64,000 nt of DNA from sequence record MG752970.1; one strand, written 5' to 3'. The position numbers were made by a program, and so were the translations under genes. A model generated the notes under the pieces. It was not told the origin of the DNA. It made no database searches and worked only from the letters and a program-made list of their open reading frames with translations. Positions 1 to 9,297 of this stretch are shown piece after piece; the stretch's first letter is position 1; each line of letters opens with the position of its first letter.

Positions 1-1038
1 GCCCTTTATTTCATGACCTAAATATGGTGAAAAATTTTTGATTCTTACTTTATTAGCGGCGAGAGCACAACCAAGAGAACTTCCGGCATCCCCTGGATTA
101 GGCATAATCCAAATTCGATGAGGATAGTTTCGTAATATTCTAGAATTAGCAACACAATTCAGCGCACATCCTCCAGACAAAATCAAATTGTCTTCTGGAC
201 GCGCAAACAAACAAACCAATTCATGTAAGGCATATTCAATGTTGAGCTGCGCGAATTTTGCAATTTTGCATTTCTGTTCAAAAGTTAGCTCACCATGTTC
301 CTTAAGAAAATCAGGTGAAACTCCCTTATGCATGTTCTTTATGTTTTGATAATTCGTAGATGCATACCTGAGTGGATCATCTTCCTTTTGAATGTATTTC
401 TTAAGAAGACGGATGGTACTATCCATGTTGAGTTGCTGAAGACTTTGATCACAAAATCCAGCCATTCCCATTAGGATATATTCTTCCTCATTTGGTTTCA
501 AACCCACTAACTGCGTCATTGCAGTGTAGAACAAACCATGACTAAATGGATATCGTCTACTAGCAAGCTTGGTTAAAGAATTACCTTCCGCTCTCCAGGC
601 ACTTACAGTGTCAAACTCCCCAATGGCATCCATAACAATGATGGTGGCAGCATCAAAGTTGCTTGTAAAGAAACCACCAGCAGCGTGTGATTCATGGTGA
701 TCTACATATTGAAGATTTTTAATCGCCTTAAGTATCTTTGGTGATTTGAAGTCAATGCTTTTCTTCAGGTATCGTTTAGGTAAATCACTCATAGCCAAGG
801 CATGTTTAAATTGCCCAGCGAGTAGGTGACGCAGCTTCTTCTTGTATGGATTTTCATACCATACCATCTTGTCAGGATCACCGAATTTCAAAGCTGCATA
901 TATCAAATCTGAATGCAGCTTATCATCGTTTTTTATTCTTGAATATCTTTCTGAATGAGCGGCAAAAAGAATCTCGTCATCTTTTAATACCGTGATTGAC
1001 GCGTCATGAGACAGCGCGGTAATTCCCCACGTGATCAT
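1..1038 (-). CDS. Carbamoyltransferase (NodU/CmcH/TobZ family), 3' end outside window
   Basis: Own translation (missed by ORF track): MITWGITALSHDASITV...HSERYSRIKND...HHESHAAGGF...LSGGCALNCVAN...PNPGDAGSSLG...SPYLG, open to base 1; ATG overlaps upstream TGA. Confidence 0.92.
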   Translation of the reverse strand, partial: MITWGITALSHDASITVLKDDEILFAAHSERYSRIKNDDKLHSDLIYAALKFGDPDKMVWYENPYKKKLRHLLAGQFKHALAMSDLPKRYLKKSIDFKSPKILKAIKNLQYVDHHESHAAGGFFTSNFDAATIIVMDAIGEFDTVSAWRAEGNSLTKLASRRYPFSHGLFYTAMTQLVGLKPNEEEYILMGMAGFCDQSLQQLNMDSTIRLLKKYIQKEDDPLRYASTNYQNIKNMHKGVSPDFLKEHGELTFEQKCKIAKFAQLNIEYALHELVCLFARPEDNLILSGGCALNCVANSRILRNYPHRIWIMPNPGDAGSSLGCALAANKVRIKNFSPYLGHEIKG

Positions 1039-1889
1039 ATGAATAGTTCTTTGTTTTTGTTGATGTGGTCTACTATGTATTCAGACCAAAGTTTGTGAGA
1101 TTCTTCTAATGGGTGATCTCTTGGGCCTACTGGAAGATTATTGTAATACAGGCAGTAATTTCTAAATGTGTGTGACCAATCCAAACCATTTTTCATGAGC
1201 CACTTTTCGTCCCATCCTATCCAGCGTTGAGGATCAAATAGCTTGAATAATGCGTTGCCATGAACAACCGGGTTATCTGATGGATTTTGTTCCATATTTG
1301 TTATCATTCCTAACGCTATTGAGAACAAATACTTTACGCCCAGTGCCTTCAAGAATGATTCCAAACCTGAAATCAAAACCATGGTTTGTTGAATGAGAGA
1401 CCTGGTATCAGTGAATCTGGTTAGATACATGTCTGACATAGATTTAAGCTGCTCATCTTGGTAATTCATAGTAAGATGAAGATCGAAAAATCTTCCAGCG
1501 GTCTTGTCATACATTTCTAGTCGTGCCATACTTGTAAAACCTATAAGCACGACAATGTTTTCGGGTTTCACCCCACGATTGATCATTTCCGCAACGTGAT
1601 GCATCGTGCGTCTGGCTATTCTAGAATTAGATCCACCACACATTGCATCATTCATAAGAGTGTGATCGGGAAATACCGAATTTCTAACTAGATAGGGATA
1701 GCTGGCTTTGATTCTACTATCGTGATAGTTTGACGGGACGTGAGATGGAAGATTGAAATATGGAGATGTCCAATCTGAAATTCCACACAGCTCTTGTCCG
1801 TACGTCATGGAACAACCATTGACGTACATTATCTTAGAGTCTTCGTTTAAAGATGAAACTAAATCTTCAAACTTCAAAGCGTAGTCCAT
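1035..1889 (-). CDS. SGNH/GDSL-like protein (paralogue 3)
   Basis: Block I-like NGCSMTYG, GGSN, C-terminal DHPLEESH; clearly similar to 1998-2849 and 4198-5043. Confidence 0.7.
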   Translation of the reverse strand: MDYALKFEDLVSSLNEDSKIMYVNGCSMTYGQELCGISDWTSPYFNLPSHVPSNYHDSRIKASYPYLVRNSVFPDHTLMNDAMCGGSNSRIARRTMHHVAEMINRGVKPENIVVLIGFTSMARLEMYDKTAGRFFDLHLTMNYQDEQLKSMSDMYLTRFTDTRSLIQQTMVLISGLESFLKALGVKYLFSIALGMITNMEQNPSDNPVVHGNALFKLFDPQRWIGWDEKWLMKNGLDWSHTFRNYCLYYNNLPVGPRDHPLEESHKLWSEYIVDHINKNKELFI

Positions 1890-1890
1890 C

Positions 1891-2001
1891 TTATTTGTAA
1901 ATGAAAGGATCCTGTTTTCTGATTTGATCGCGAATTTTTTCAGCTTCTGTTTTTTCTTTTACAAAGAAAGACTTCAACCAGTTAACCAATTTTTGAATCA
2001 T
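1891..2001 (-). CDS. 36-aa peptide MIQKLVNWLKSFFVKKKTEAEKIRDQIRKQDPFIYK
   Basis: Own translation; fills the gap exactly, with ATGA overlap to the upstream gene. Confidence 0.7.
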   Translation of the reverse strand: MIQKLVNWLKSFFVKEKTEAEKIRDQIRKQDPFIYK

Positions 2002-2849
2002 AGCAAATTTTCCTTATTCTGTATGCACGCAATTAGTGCGTCCGCCCATGCCTTGTGCGCTTCTTCAAGAGGATGATAATTAGGTCCAATAGGATATTGT
2101 TTTCTAATTGACCATGATCCAAAGTCAGTGGACCACATTGACTTTGTTTTGTTGAGAAGCTCTTCATTGTACATAAGCCATTTGGACATATCGATGGCTT
2201 TATACAATGGGTGATCTACTAATTGAATTCTGTCGTTATGCTCCACGCTGAGCATCGTCATTGGAATGCCCTCGCATAACGCATATTTTACTCCAACCGA
2301 TTTCAAAAAGCTTTGCATTTGCAAAATATTCATCAAAGCTTCTATTGCAACTGATTTAGGAGCAACGAAATTTTCCAGGTATAAATCTGCAAATTCGTTA
2401 TAGTGTTTTTCAGGACCACCATATTTTAGAGTTAAAAAGAGATCAATCCAATTTTCCTTTTTGGAATCATATAATCCCAATCTCAACATGTTTGTAAAAC
2501 TAATTACCACGAATATGTTTTCCGGTTTTACACCAAGTTGAAGCATAGAATTTATATGCGTCAATGTTACTCTGAATATTCGATGATTTGACGATCCACC
2601 CTGCGCGGCGTTAAAGAAGATGTGATCAGAAAATAGAGCCGAGTGCATGTGACCAGCCCAACATCTCTTCAATCTTTCATGATGATAATCTTGTGGAAGA
2701 AAATCAAAATGATTGAAGACATCTGTATATTCTGAAATTCCACACAGCTCTTGTCCGTACGTCATGGAGCAACCATTAACATAAAAGACCTTACTATCCG
2801 GAGTAAGGTCCTTCTCTAGTTCGCTGTATAGTAAATAGTCCTTACTCAT
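1998..2849 (-). CDS. SGNH/GDSL-like protein (paralogue 2)
   Basis: NGCSMTYG, GGSSN, YHPLEEAH motifs. Confidence 0.7.
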   Translation of the reverse strand: MSKDYLLYSELEKDLTPDSKVFYVNGCSMTYGQELCGISEYTDVFNHFDFLPQDYHHERLKRCWAGHMHSALFSDHIFFNAAQGGSSNHRIFRVTLTHINSMLQLGVKPENIFVVISFTNMLRLGLYDSKKENWIDLFLTLKYGGPEKHYNEFADLYLENFVAPKSVAIEALMNILQMQSFLKSVGVKYALCEGIPMTMLSVEHNDRIQLVDHPLYKAIDMSKWLMYNEELLNKTKSMWSTDFGSWSIRKQYPIGPNYHPLEEAHKAWADALIACIQNKENLL

Positions 2850-4228
2850 TGTTGAACTGTTATTGGAATAGTTTTTCTGATTTTAGCAAACCACTCTGCA
2901 AGTTCTGGAAAAGTAGCCGAAAAATCCTTGCCTCTACGAACATCGTATTGATCATAGAATGTCTTAAAATCTGCATGCAATAATTTCTTGTCAGATGTAT
3001 TTGCATGCGGAGTTTTGACAGCATCCAAATAATCAACCAGTCTCTGAGTTGCATCTATTTCCATTTCTGTCATCATCGGATGTGTGCGATTTGCATCCAA
3101 CCAATTTTTCAATTGCAAATGCCTATCCAAAATTTGATCTTCAGGAAGAGCCAATGGGCTCATGAATGACGGGAAACGCAATAGATTAAGAGACATAACT
3201 ATTCGTTGCTTACCAAATTTCTCTTTTAGGCCTAGAATGTATTCCATGAAATCGGTCATGCCATACAAGCATAGAGAATTGATAGTCATCATGACACCAA
3301 TTTTCTTAACATTTGATTCTTCTAGAACTCTTTCAAGGTTTTTCTGCCAATATGCATAATCTAAACCATCTCTTATGTATTCCGCCTTTGCACCAAATGT
3401 CTCACATGACGTATACAAATCTAGATTTTTTACGCCATGACTTTTCTCAATGAATCTGTCAATAAGAGCTTCCTTACCGCCCAAATTTGAATTCACTGCA
3501 AAGTTCATGTCTAACTGTTGTTCAGCAAACATATCAAACAATTTCCATACATCATCTGACATGAGAGGTTCTCCACCAGTAATTCGCAATTCTGTCAGAG
3601 ATTGAGATAGCTCTGGCCACCAATCCCAAAATGCCTTGATGTATGGATTCGCATCCTTGTCTTTCTGTGGGACAGCATCTGCCCATGAACCATCATGCGT
3701 GTAGGCGCCACCGCCATCACTGACTAAATCAGTATAAATTCCATTTTTCTTGATGTCATTTGCCCACGTAGTTGAGAATGATGCATTGCAGTAAGAACAT
3801 GCGAAATTACAGGTTCTGTCAAAAGCAATCTCTAGAGTTTTAAGATTCACGTCATCCTCATATCCACGCTGCATCGCTAATTGTAGATCTTCATCGGTGT
3901 AAATGACAGATTTCCAAACACGATCAGAAACGTTATCTCTAGAAACATCCTCAACCTTCCAACAATATTCGCATTCTTGTGGACGCTCACCATTCAGCAT
4001 CATGCGACGCATTTCTTTCTTATGCTTCGTGTTGTGAATGGCCGATGGATTGGTAAGAATTTCTTCTTTGTCGATGGGTTGCGCTGGAGGGTGATGACAG
4101 CTCGTGGTGCTTCCGGATCCCAGCCATATTGTTGCGTTGTACCACTTTGCCCCGCAAAACGTGGATGAAATTGGGTCTAATACCCGCTTCTTATAATCTA
4201 TGTATGATTCGTTTCTTTGTTTTGGCAT
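2846..4228 (-). CDS. Radical SAM protein with N-terminal twitch/SPASM-like Cys cluster
   Basis: CNFACSYC (CxxxCxxC), TGGEP; N-terminal FC...CHH...CEYCW. Confidence 0.88.
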   Translation of the reverse strand: MPKQRNESYIDYKKRVLDPISSTFCGAKWYNATIWLGSGSTTSCHHPPAQPIDKEEILTNPSAIHNTKHKKEMRRMMLNGERPQECEYCWKVEDVSRDNVSDRVWKSVIYTDEDLQLAMQRGYEDDVNLKTLEIAFDRTCNFACSYCNASFSTTWANDIKKNGIYTDLVSDGGGAYTHDGSWADAVPQKDKDANPYIKAFWDWWPELSQSLTELRITGGEPLMSDDVWKLFDMFAEQQLDMNFAVNSNLGGKEALIDRFIEKSHGVKNLDLYTSCETFGAKAEYIRDGLDYAYWQKNLERVLEESNVKKIGVMMTINSLCLYGMTDFMEYILGLKEKFGKQRIVMSLNLLRFPSFMSPLALPEDQILDRHLQLKNWLDANRTHPMMTEMEIDATQRLVDYLDAVKTPHANTSDKKLLHADFKTFYDQYDVRRGKDFSATFPELAEWFAKIRKTIPITVQQ

Positions 4229-5043
4229 CGTTTAGTATAGAACTCTATTAGTGAGTGCGCCCATAATTTATGCCCATCTTCAAGAGGGTGATCCCCTGAC
4301 CCAAATTGAACATTATGCCGGCGACTGTGGGCATTGAATGAAATTGCAAATTCACTTCTTTCACCCATCATATCCGTACCAGCGTATTTATCAAGGTCAA
4401 TGTGACCAAATGTCACCAAAGATTTGGCGGGTGTGTGACTAAATCCTTCAGCAAAATCCGGATATATGTCAAGGGAGTTACTGAATAGGTAATTTATTTT
4501 GTATTGCTTCAGAATGCTTTGAAGACTTAAAATTTGTTGATTAATTTTCCTGGCTAAAGAAACAGTGTCATAGAGCTCCATCATCTGAATTTCGGCCATT
4601 TTATTTGCCAATTCACTCTTTAACCATTTGGCACCAGGAACCACACTGTAATAATTTTTATTGATGCGTTCATATATTTCAAATCGCATCCCATGAGTCC
4701 ATCCTATTAATACAAATATGTTTTCAGGTTTTATTCCAAAATCAATTAAAGTCAACACATCATCGATGGTTGTTCTCATTATTCTATCATTGGCACTTCC
4801 ACCTTTTGCAGCATTGAAGTATCTATGATTTGGAAATAATGAGGATCTAAATATGCCAGGAAATGCGTTATTAATTCGATAATCATTATATGAAAATGAT
4901 TTATCATCTACCCACGTTGTTCCATCTTTTCCGCCCAATTCAGCGCCAAATACCATTGAACATCCATTGGTGTAGAACACTTTATCTTCTGGTGTCAGTG
5001 TTTTTATGAAGTCTGGAAGTGTCCAGATGAACTCAGTCATCAT
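4198..5043 (-). CDS. SGNH/GDSL-like protein (paralogue 1)
   Basis: NGCSMVFG, GSAN, DHPLEDGH motifs. Confidence 0.7.
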   Translation of the reverse strand: MMTEFIWTLPDFIKTLTPEDKVFYTNGCSMVFGAELGGKDGTTWVDDKSFSYNDYRINNAFPGIFRSSLFPNHRYFNAAKGGSANDRIMRTTIDDVLTLIDFGIKPENIFVLIGWTHGMRFEIYERINKNYYSVVPGAKWLKSELANKMAEIQMMELYDTVSLARKINQQILSLQSILKQYKINYLFSNSLDIYPDFAEGFSHTPAKSLVTFGHIDLDKYAGTDMMGERSEFAISFNAHSRRHNVQFGSGDHPLEDGHKLWAHSLIEFYTKRCQNKETNHT

Positions 5044-5062
5044 CGGTCTCCTTTTATGTGGG

Positions 5063-5070
5063 TATTTATA
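5063..5070 (-). promoter_or_regulatory. T4-type late promoter TATAAATA
   Basis: Exact TATAAATA on minus strand 20 nt upstream of the 4198-5043 start. Confidence 0.7.
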
Positions 5071-5075
5071 ACGTC

Positions 5076-5103
5076 AAAAGGGGCTCAGAGATGAGCCCCT
5101 TTT
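5076..5103. terminator. Rho-independent terminator
   Basis: ggggctca-gaga-tgagcccc stem flanked by A and T tracts, just after ligase stop. Confidence 0.85.
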
Positions 5104-5119
5104 AGTGAATTTCAGGTTT

Positions 5120-6403
5120 TTACTTATCGTCGCGGAATCTCACAAAGATAGGCCAACGTGCGGAGTATTCTCCCTTGGAAACAGAGATTTCACCTGCTTC
5201 AATTTCACAGGTAACATCGAGATAATCTTCTTGGTTTTTCCAAATAAGATCGCGCATGGCATCATCAAAACCAGATCCGCATTTTGCTTTGATGAAGGTT
5301 CCATTTTCATCATAACCTTCAAGGAAGACACCGCCAAGAGTATGCTCAAGACGGGTACCCTTGCGTCCTGGATAGAATCCAACAATCTTCAAATCCAAGG
5401 TGATGATGCCCTTCCATTTAGCCCACGAATTGGTTCGATCCCATTCGTAGAGAGCACCCAATTTCTTGACGATGATACCTTCACCAGGTTTCCCACCGAT
5501 CAATTCGCTACGAATCTTTTCAAAGAAGGCTTTGACTTCCGCATAATTATTGCAGTCAACACCTTCTGTTTTCATCAGCTTGTGATCGGGTTTCTCCTTC
5601 GTGAGTCGATCGATTACTGCCAAAACATCTTTAGTACGGTCTTCTTGAACGCGATCCCACTTCTTAGCTTCCCATGCATCGAGCGGCATCATGTCAAATA
5701 CATAGAGTCGCTGCTCAAGCTTTGCTTTAGCTCCTTTCGATTTGGATTTGGCATTCAATGCGCTCGTGAAATCCGTACCAAGAACTTCACAATCCAGAAT
5801 GAAAGGCTGGCCGATAATTTGCTCCAGCACGATGAGGTCTTCATCAAAGAGACCTTCAAGATGCGAATGTACCAAACCACTACGAGAGTAATGGATAACT
5901 TCGCCAGAGTTTACGATGGTGATGGAGCGAAGACCATCATGTTTGCGCTCGGCGCGACACGGGAATTCCCATTCGTAGTTGTCATCGACTTTTTCTGCCA
6001 ACATGACGTCAAAAGTCGGAATAGCATTTGGGTAAATCTTGTTGTAGGTGTCACCAGAGAAACCTGCTTTCGCATCCTTACCCAAAACTCGAGCCAGGAA
6101 AGAAGCAGTTTCTTCGGTATAAAGAGCAAGCGTTTGGGAGACAGCAGTCTTTGCTGCATTCCCGCGAAGCTCTTTGTTATGCAATTTGTCGAGAACAGCC
6201 AGCAGAGTTTCACCATTATCCACATCAACGTCTGCATGCTTCTCAATAGCATCCCATTTCCGCACGTGAAAGACACGATACGGGTTAAAAAGATTCCAGA
6301 AAAGCTTCTGCGCAACAGGACTCAAGTCCTTCAGAAGTTCCTGCTTAATGGCCTTCTTGTTGGTTTCTTCAACGGCCTTCAGAGTGGGAGCAAAATGTTT
6401 CAT
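5120..6403 (-). CDS. lig: ATP-dependent DNA ligase
   Basis: Motif I RKHDG, EGIIVK, WAKWK, OB domain GSGF, RWPIFVRFRDDK. Confidence 0.95.
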   Translation of the reverse strand: MKHFAPTLKAVEETNKKAIKQELLKDLSPVAQKLFWNLFNPYRVFHVRKWDAIEKHADVDVDNGETLLAVLDKLHNKELRGNAAKTAVSQTLALYTEETASFLARVLGKDAKAGFSGDTYNKIYPNAIPTFDVMLAEKVDDNYEWEFPCRAERKHDGLRSITIVNSGEVIHYSRSGLVHSHLEGLFDEDLIVLEQIIGQPFILDCEVLGTDFTSALNAKSKSKGAKAKLEQRLYVFDMMPLDAWEAKKWDRVQEDRTKDVLAVIDRLTKEKPDHKLMKTEGVDCNNYAEVKAFFEKIRSELIGGKPGEGIIVKKLGALYEWDRTNSWAKWKGIITLDLKIVGFYPGRKGTRLEHTLGGVFLEGYDENGTFIKAKCGSGFDDAMRDLIWKNQEDYLDVTCEIEAGEISVSKGEYSARWPIFVRFRDDK

Positions 6404-6735
6404 TATTCGTAGTGAGAACTAATTAGAGGAGCCACGTGATAGAGGCTTTCATGAAGTCCAGAAGTACCGCGCATGATCAAAGAATCCATGACACGAACAA
6501 CCACCTTTTCCAGGACTTCGTGATAATTATCATCCAAGATTTTGGATTTCTTAATCGACTTCTGTTCCATGATCCACGAATCGTAGGTATCAACAAAGTT
6601 GATAATCATGGTAGTGGCGGAACGCGAACCACCTTCAAGAAGTTTCAGGAAAATTTGATGCGTGAAGAATGGCACAATGTCGTTGCCAAAATTCAAATCC
6701 TTCAGCTTGATGCCGTTAATTTCCAGGTATTTCAT
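6403..6735 (-). CDS. Hypothetical protein
   Basis: Translationally coupled ORF in operon. Confidence 0.6.
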   Translation of the reverse strand: MKYLEINGIKLKDLNFGNDIVPFFTHQIFLKLLEGGSRSATTMIINFVDTYDSWIMEQKSIKKSKILDDNYHEVLEKVVVRVMDSLIMRGTSGLHESLYHVAPLISSHYE

Positions 6736-6750
6736 GACAATCTCCGGAGT

Positions 6751-7005
6751 TTAAACTTCGATGGCGCTTCCAATTGCAACCTGAAAACCCATTTCGCAAA
6801 GCTTGTTGATGACCTTATTTGCCAAGCCACGAGGAAGGATATCCTTAGTTCGAATTTCCCACGTCCAAGCTTGAGCTCGATTTGCATTGATCGAAAACTT
6901 GAAAGTGGAACTTTCAAAATTGTATTGTTCTTCACCCTTATTAGGGCCAGACTCCACATGTGTTTTGGAAACAAGAACCACGTGCGCAAGTTTCTTGGCC
7001 ATCAT
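6751..7005 (-). CDS. Hypothetical protein
   Basis: ORF with GGAG RBS downstream of a sigma70-like promoter. Confidence 0.6.
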   Translation of the reverse strand: MMAKKLAHVVLVSKTHVESGPNKGEEQYNFESSTFKFSINANRAQAWTWEIRTKDILPRGLANKVINKLCEMGFQVAIGSAIEV

Positions 7006-7034
7006 ATTCTCCGGGTTACATTGAGTATAGAGAA

Positions 7035-7063
7035 ATTATATCATGGATTCCCGAAATGTACAC
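7035..7063 (-). promoter_or_regulatory. Sigma70-like early/middle promoter GTGTAC-17-TATAAT
   Basis: Perfect -10 with 17-nt spacer; same TGTAC -35 variant recurs at 26987, 58745, 62198. Confidence 0.65.
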
Positions 7064-7100
7064 ACTATTACGCATACCACCAGGTGGTAAATCTGAGCGC

Positions 7101-7108
7101 TATAAATA
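7101..7108 (+). promoter_or_regulatory. T4-type late promoter TATAAATA
   Basis: Exact motif upstream of 7136 ORF. Confidence 0.7.
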
Positions 7109-7135
7109 ACTCAGCAAAGACATACGGAGAAACAC

Positions 7136-7564
7136 ATGGCAAAGAAGTCCCCACCACTGCATGTTGAGTTAGTGGAGAATACACAAAATTATCTGTATCT
7201 GTCTCTCATAGAATATAAGAGAACGACATACCTATGCGTGATTGACAACGTCAAAAAAGATGAGATCACCGCATACGTTATAGATAACATCACCGAAAAT
7301 TCAATCTCGCTTCAGGATTTCCTGAGCATCTGCAACATTTGGTACTACAAAAGCAGCGAAAAATATCCCATCTCTATGGAATTTAATCGCCTAGGATTGA
7401 ACGATAAAGTATACTCACTCGTCAAGACCTTCAATTCCGATTACGTAACCAGAATTGTTGGAAAGGTCTTTACCTTCAATCTTGATGTAAAACCGAAGGT
7501 AAAGAGAAAAAGAGCAAATCTGGTACCTAAAGGTGTTGAGATCAGAGTAAAAACACCAAAGTAA
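7136..7564 (+). CDS. Hypothetical protein with basic C-terminus
   Basis: ORF with GGAG RBS and late promoter. Confidence 0.7.
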   Translation: MAKKSPPLHVELVENTQNYLYLSLIEYKRTTYLCVIDNVKKDEITAYVIDNITENSISLQDFLSICNIWYYKSSEKYPISMEFNRLGLNDKVYSLVKTFNSDYVTRIVGKVFTFNLDVKPKVKRKRANLVPKGVEIRVKTPK

Positions 7565-8578
7565 TTATTTCTGATCTACACCGTACAGACTACGCACCGT
7601 GGATTCTAGGAATGCTTCGTATTCCTCTCTCAGTTCCGGTGTGTATCGACGTAGTTTATTTTCACCTTCGTGCAATGTTTGGATTCTATCCAAAATTTCA
7701 CTCAGATTATCTACCACCGTGTCAAACTCCATTTGACCCAATTTGATCTTCATTAGATATTCTAAACGATCTTGCTTGTATGGAAACATGATGCTACCAT
7801 TCGTAAGCAGGTCACATGCCTGAAGTGCAATTCTGCAGGCATGATGGAATGCCTTCCAATCTACACCACCATCCTTGGCAGATTTTTGACTTCTAGCACC
7901 ATATTTAGAAATCATGGTATTGATTCTACTCAGAGCTTCTTGAAGATCAATGTTAACAGGGAACATTTTTCCGGTAACATCAACGCAAAGTTGTGGTGCC
8001 TGTGTTGGACTACCTTCAACGGTTTTCATACGAATAAATTCATTAGTATTTTCAGCAACCCAGTCTTCTAGCACTGCTAGCTTAGTAGTAACATCCACAC
8101 CCGAATCAATCGTAGCAACCAACTTGTCCTTGAATTTATTCAGCGATGCTAGCCGAGCTCCCTTGTCTCCATACACATGGGCTTGAGCTTGTGCGTAGCG
8201 CACCATTGGCTTTAGATTATCATTCAAATATCGTGCTAAAGCCGTACGAATAAATTCCGTGAAACGCGGATCATGAACTTGTTTGGCCGAATGGTTGAAG
8301 CTGAGTACCGAGAATGCAAGCTCAACCGCATATGTTTGGCCTTCAATGAAATCACGAGCAAATTTCTGAAATGGAATCATTTCGTGATCAACGTCTTCTG
8401 CACTATTTTTCTGACCAAATTGATCATTAGTTTTCAGATTATGTACGTTGATTGGACGAACAGTAAGAACATCATCCAGGTCCGGAAGATAGATTGACTT
8501 ATAGTCGGTATCCGAATTTGGAGTAGTAGTACCGTAAAGCTTTGATCCAAATTCTGTTGTATATAAAATTTTCTTCAT
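7565..8578 (-). CDS. Pol-beta superfamily nucleotidyltransferase
   Basis: FGSKLYG...SDTD catalytic motif; C-terminal helical domain (DWKAFHHACR). Confidence 0.8.
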   Translation of the reverse strand: MKKILYTTEFGSKLYGTTTPNSDTDYKSIYLPDLDDVLTVRPINVHNLKTNDQFGQKNSAEDVDHEMIPFQKFARDFIEGQTYAVELAFSVLSFNHSAKQVHDPRFTEFIRTALARYLNDNLKPMVRYAQAQAHVYGDKGARLASLNKFKDKLVATIDSGVDVTTKLAVLEDWVAENTNEFIRMKTVEGSPTQAPQLCVDVTGKMFPVNIDLQEALSRINTMISKYGARSQKSAKDGGVDWKAFHHACRIALQACDLLTNGSIMFPYKQDRLEYLMKIKLGQMEFDTVVDNLSEILDRIQTLHEGENKLRRYTPELREEYEAFLESTVRSLYGVDQK

Positions 8579-9297
8579 GAATTGTAATATTCCCCTGTTT
8601 TTCTTTCTTGCATCATGTCGATGTGCGGCTTCTTCCTATAATGTTCCACCATCTTATGAGCGGAATGATGTGTGATAACGTATCCCCTCTTACCATATTT
8701 ACCAAGTCTAGCTAACGTGACCCCATCATCCGTAGTTTGACAAAATTCGTTAAACGTGAGATGTTGCGCCGCAAAATTCTTAATCGCTTTGGTACTGTAC
8801 AGGACAGATTTTCCATCAGTTGCCATCTGGCATAGATGAAAATCAAATGTATCCAACAATTCAGTTGGTCGAGGTTTGTACATCACTTTGACTACGTTTA
8901 ACTTGAAATTACCAACACTAAAAGTACTGGAATTGCTCGTATGGTTCAAGAGTGGAAACTTCAAAACATCTTTAAGATTATTGATGGCAGCGATGGCATC
9001 CGCAGAATCTGTGAAGAATAAATCAACATCTCCTTTCAACTTTAAACCGTGACCGCCATTGTGATCCCAAATATCTCCCTCTAGTACTCTAGAAAGAAAT
9101 CCGCCCGCGATGTATGCCGTACGTAGATCAAGTGGTATTTGGCATTGCTGTTGAATAACCTTAACCACATCCTTGATAATAGATGCTGGATTTTGGGTTA
9201 TTTTTCTAATTGGCATCTCATCCTTGTTTAATGTCATGAATGTCTCGACATCGCTGCGCCACTGCCACAATGGGCTTAAACGGTATTCTTGTTTCAC
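8575..9297 (-). CDS. CCA-adding/poly(A) polymerase-like nucleotidyltransferase head domain
   Basis: IAGGF...GDVDLF, TFDFHLCQ motifs. Confidence 0.7.
   Translation of the reverse strand: MKQEYRLSPLWQWRSDVETFMTLNKDEMPIRKITQNPASIIKDVVKVIQQQCQIPLDLRTAYIAGGFLSRVLEGDIWDHNGGHGLKLKGDVDLFFTDSADAIAAINNLKDVLKFPLLNHTSNSSTFSVGNFKLNVVKVMYKPRPTELLDTFDFHLCQMATDGKSVLYSTKAIKNFAAQHLTFNEFCQTTDDGVTLARLGKYGKRGYVITHHSAHKMVEHYRKKPHIDMMQERKTGEYYNS

Noticed and set aside
5105-6412. 435-aa plus-strand ORF
   Set aside because: Antisense shadow of the DNA ligase; no motifs or RBS
7093-7114. Late promoter inside a ctgag/ctcag hairpin
   Set aside because: A 5-bp stem is within chance expectation
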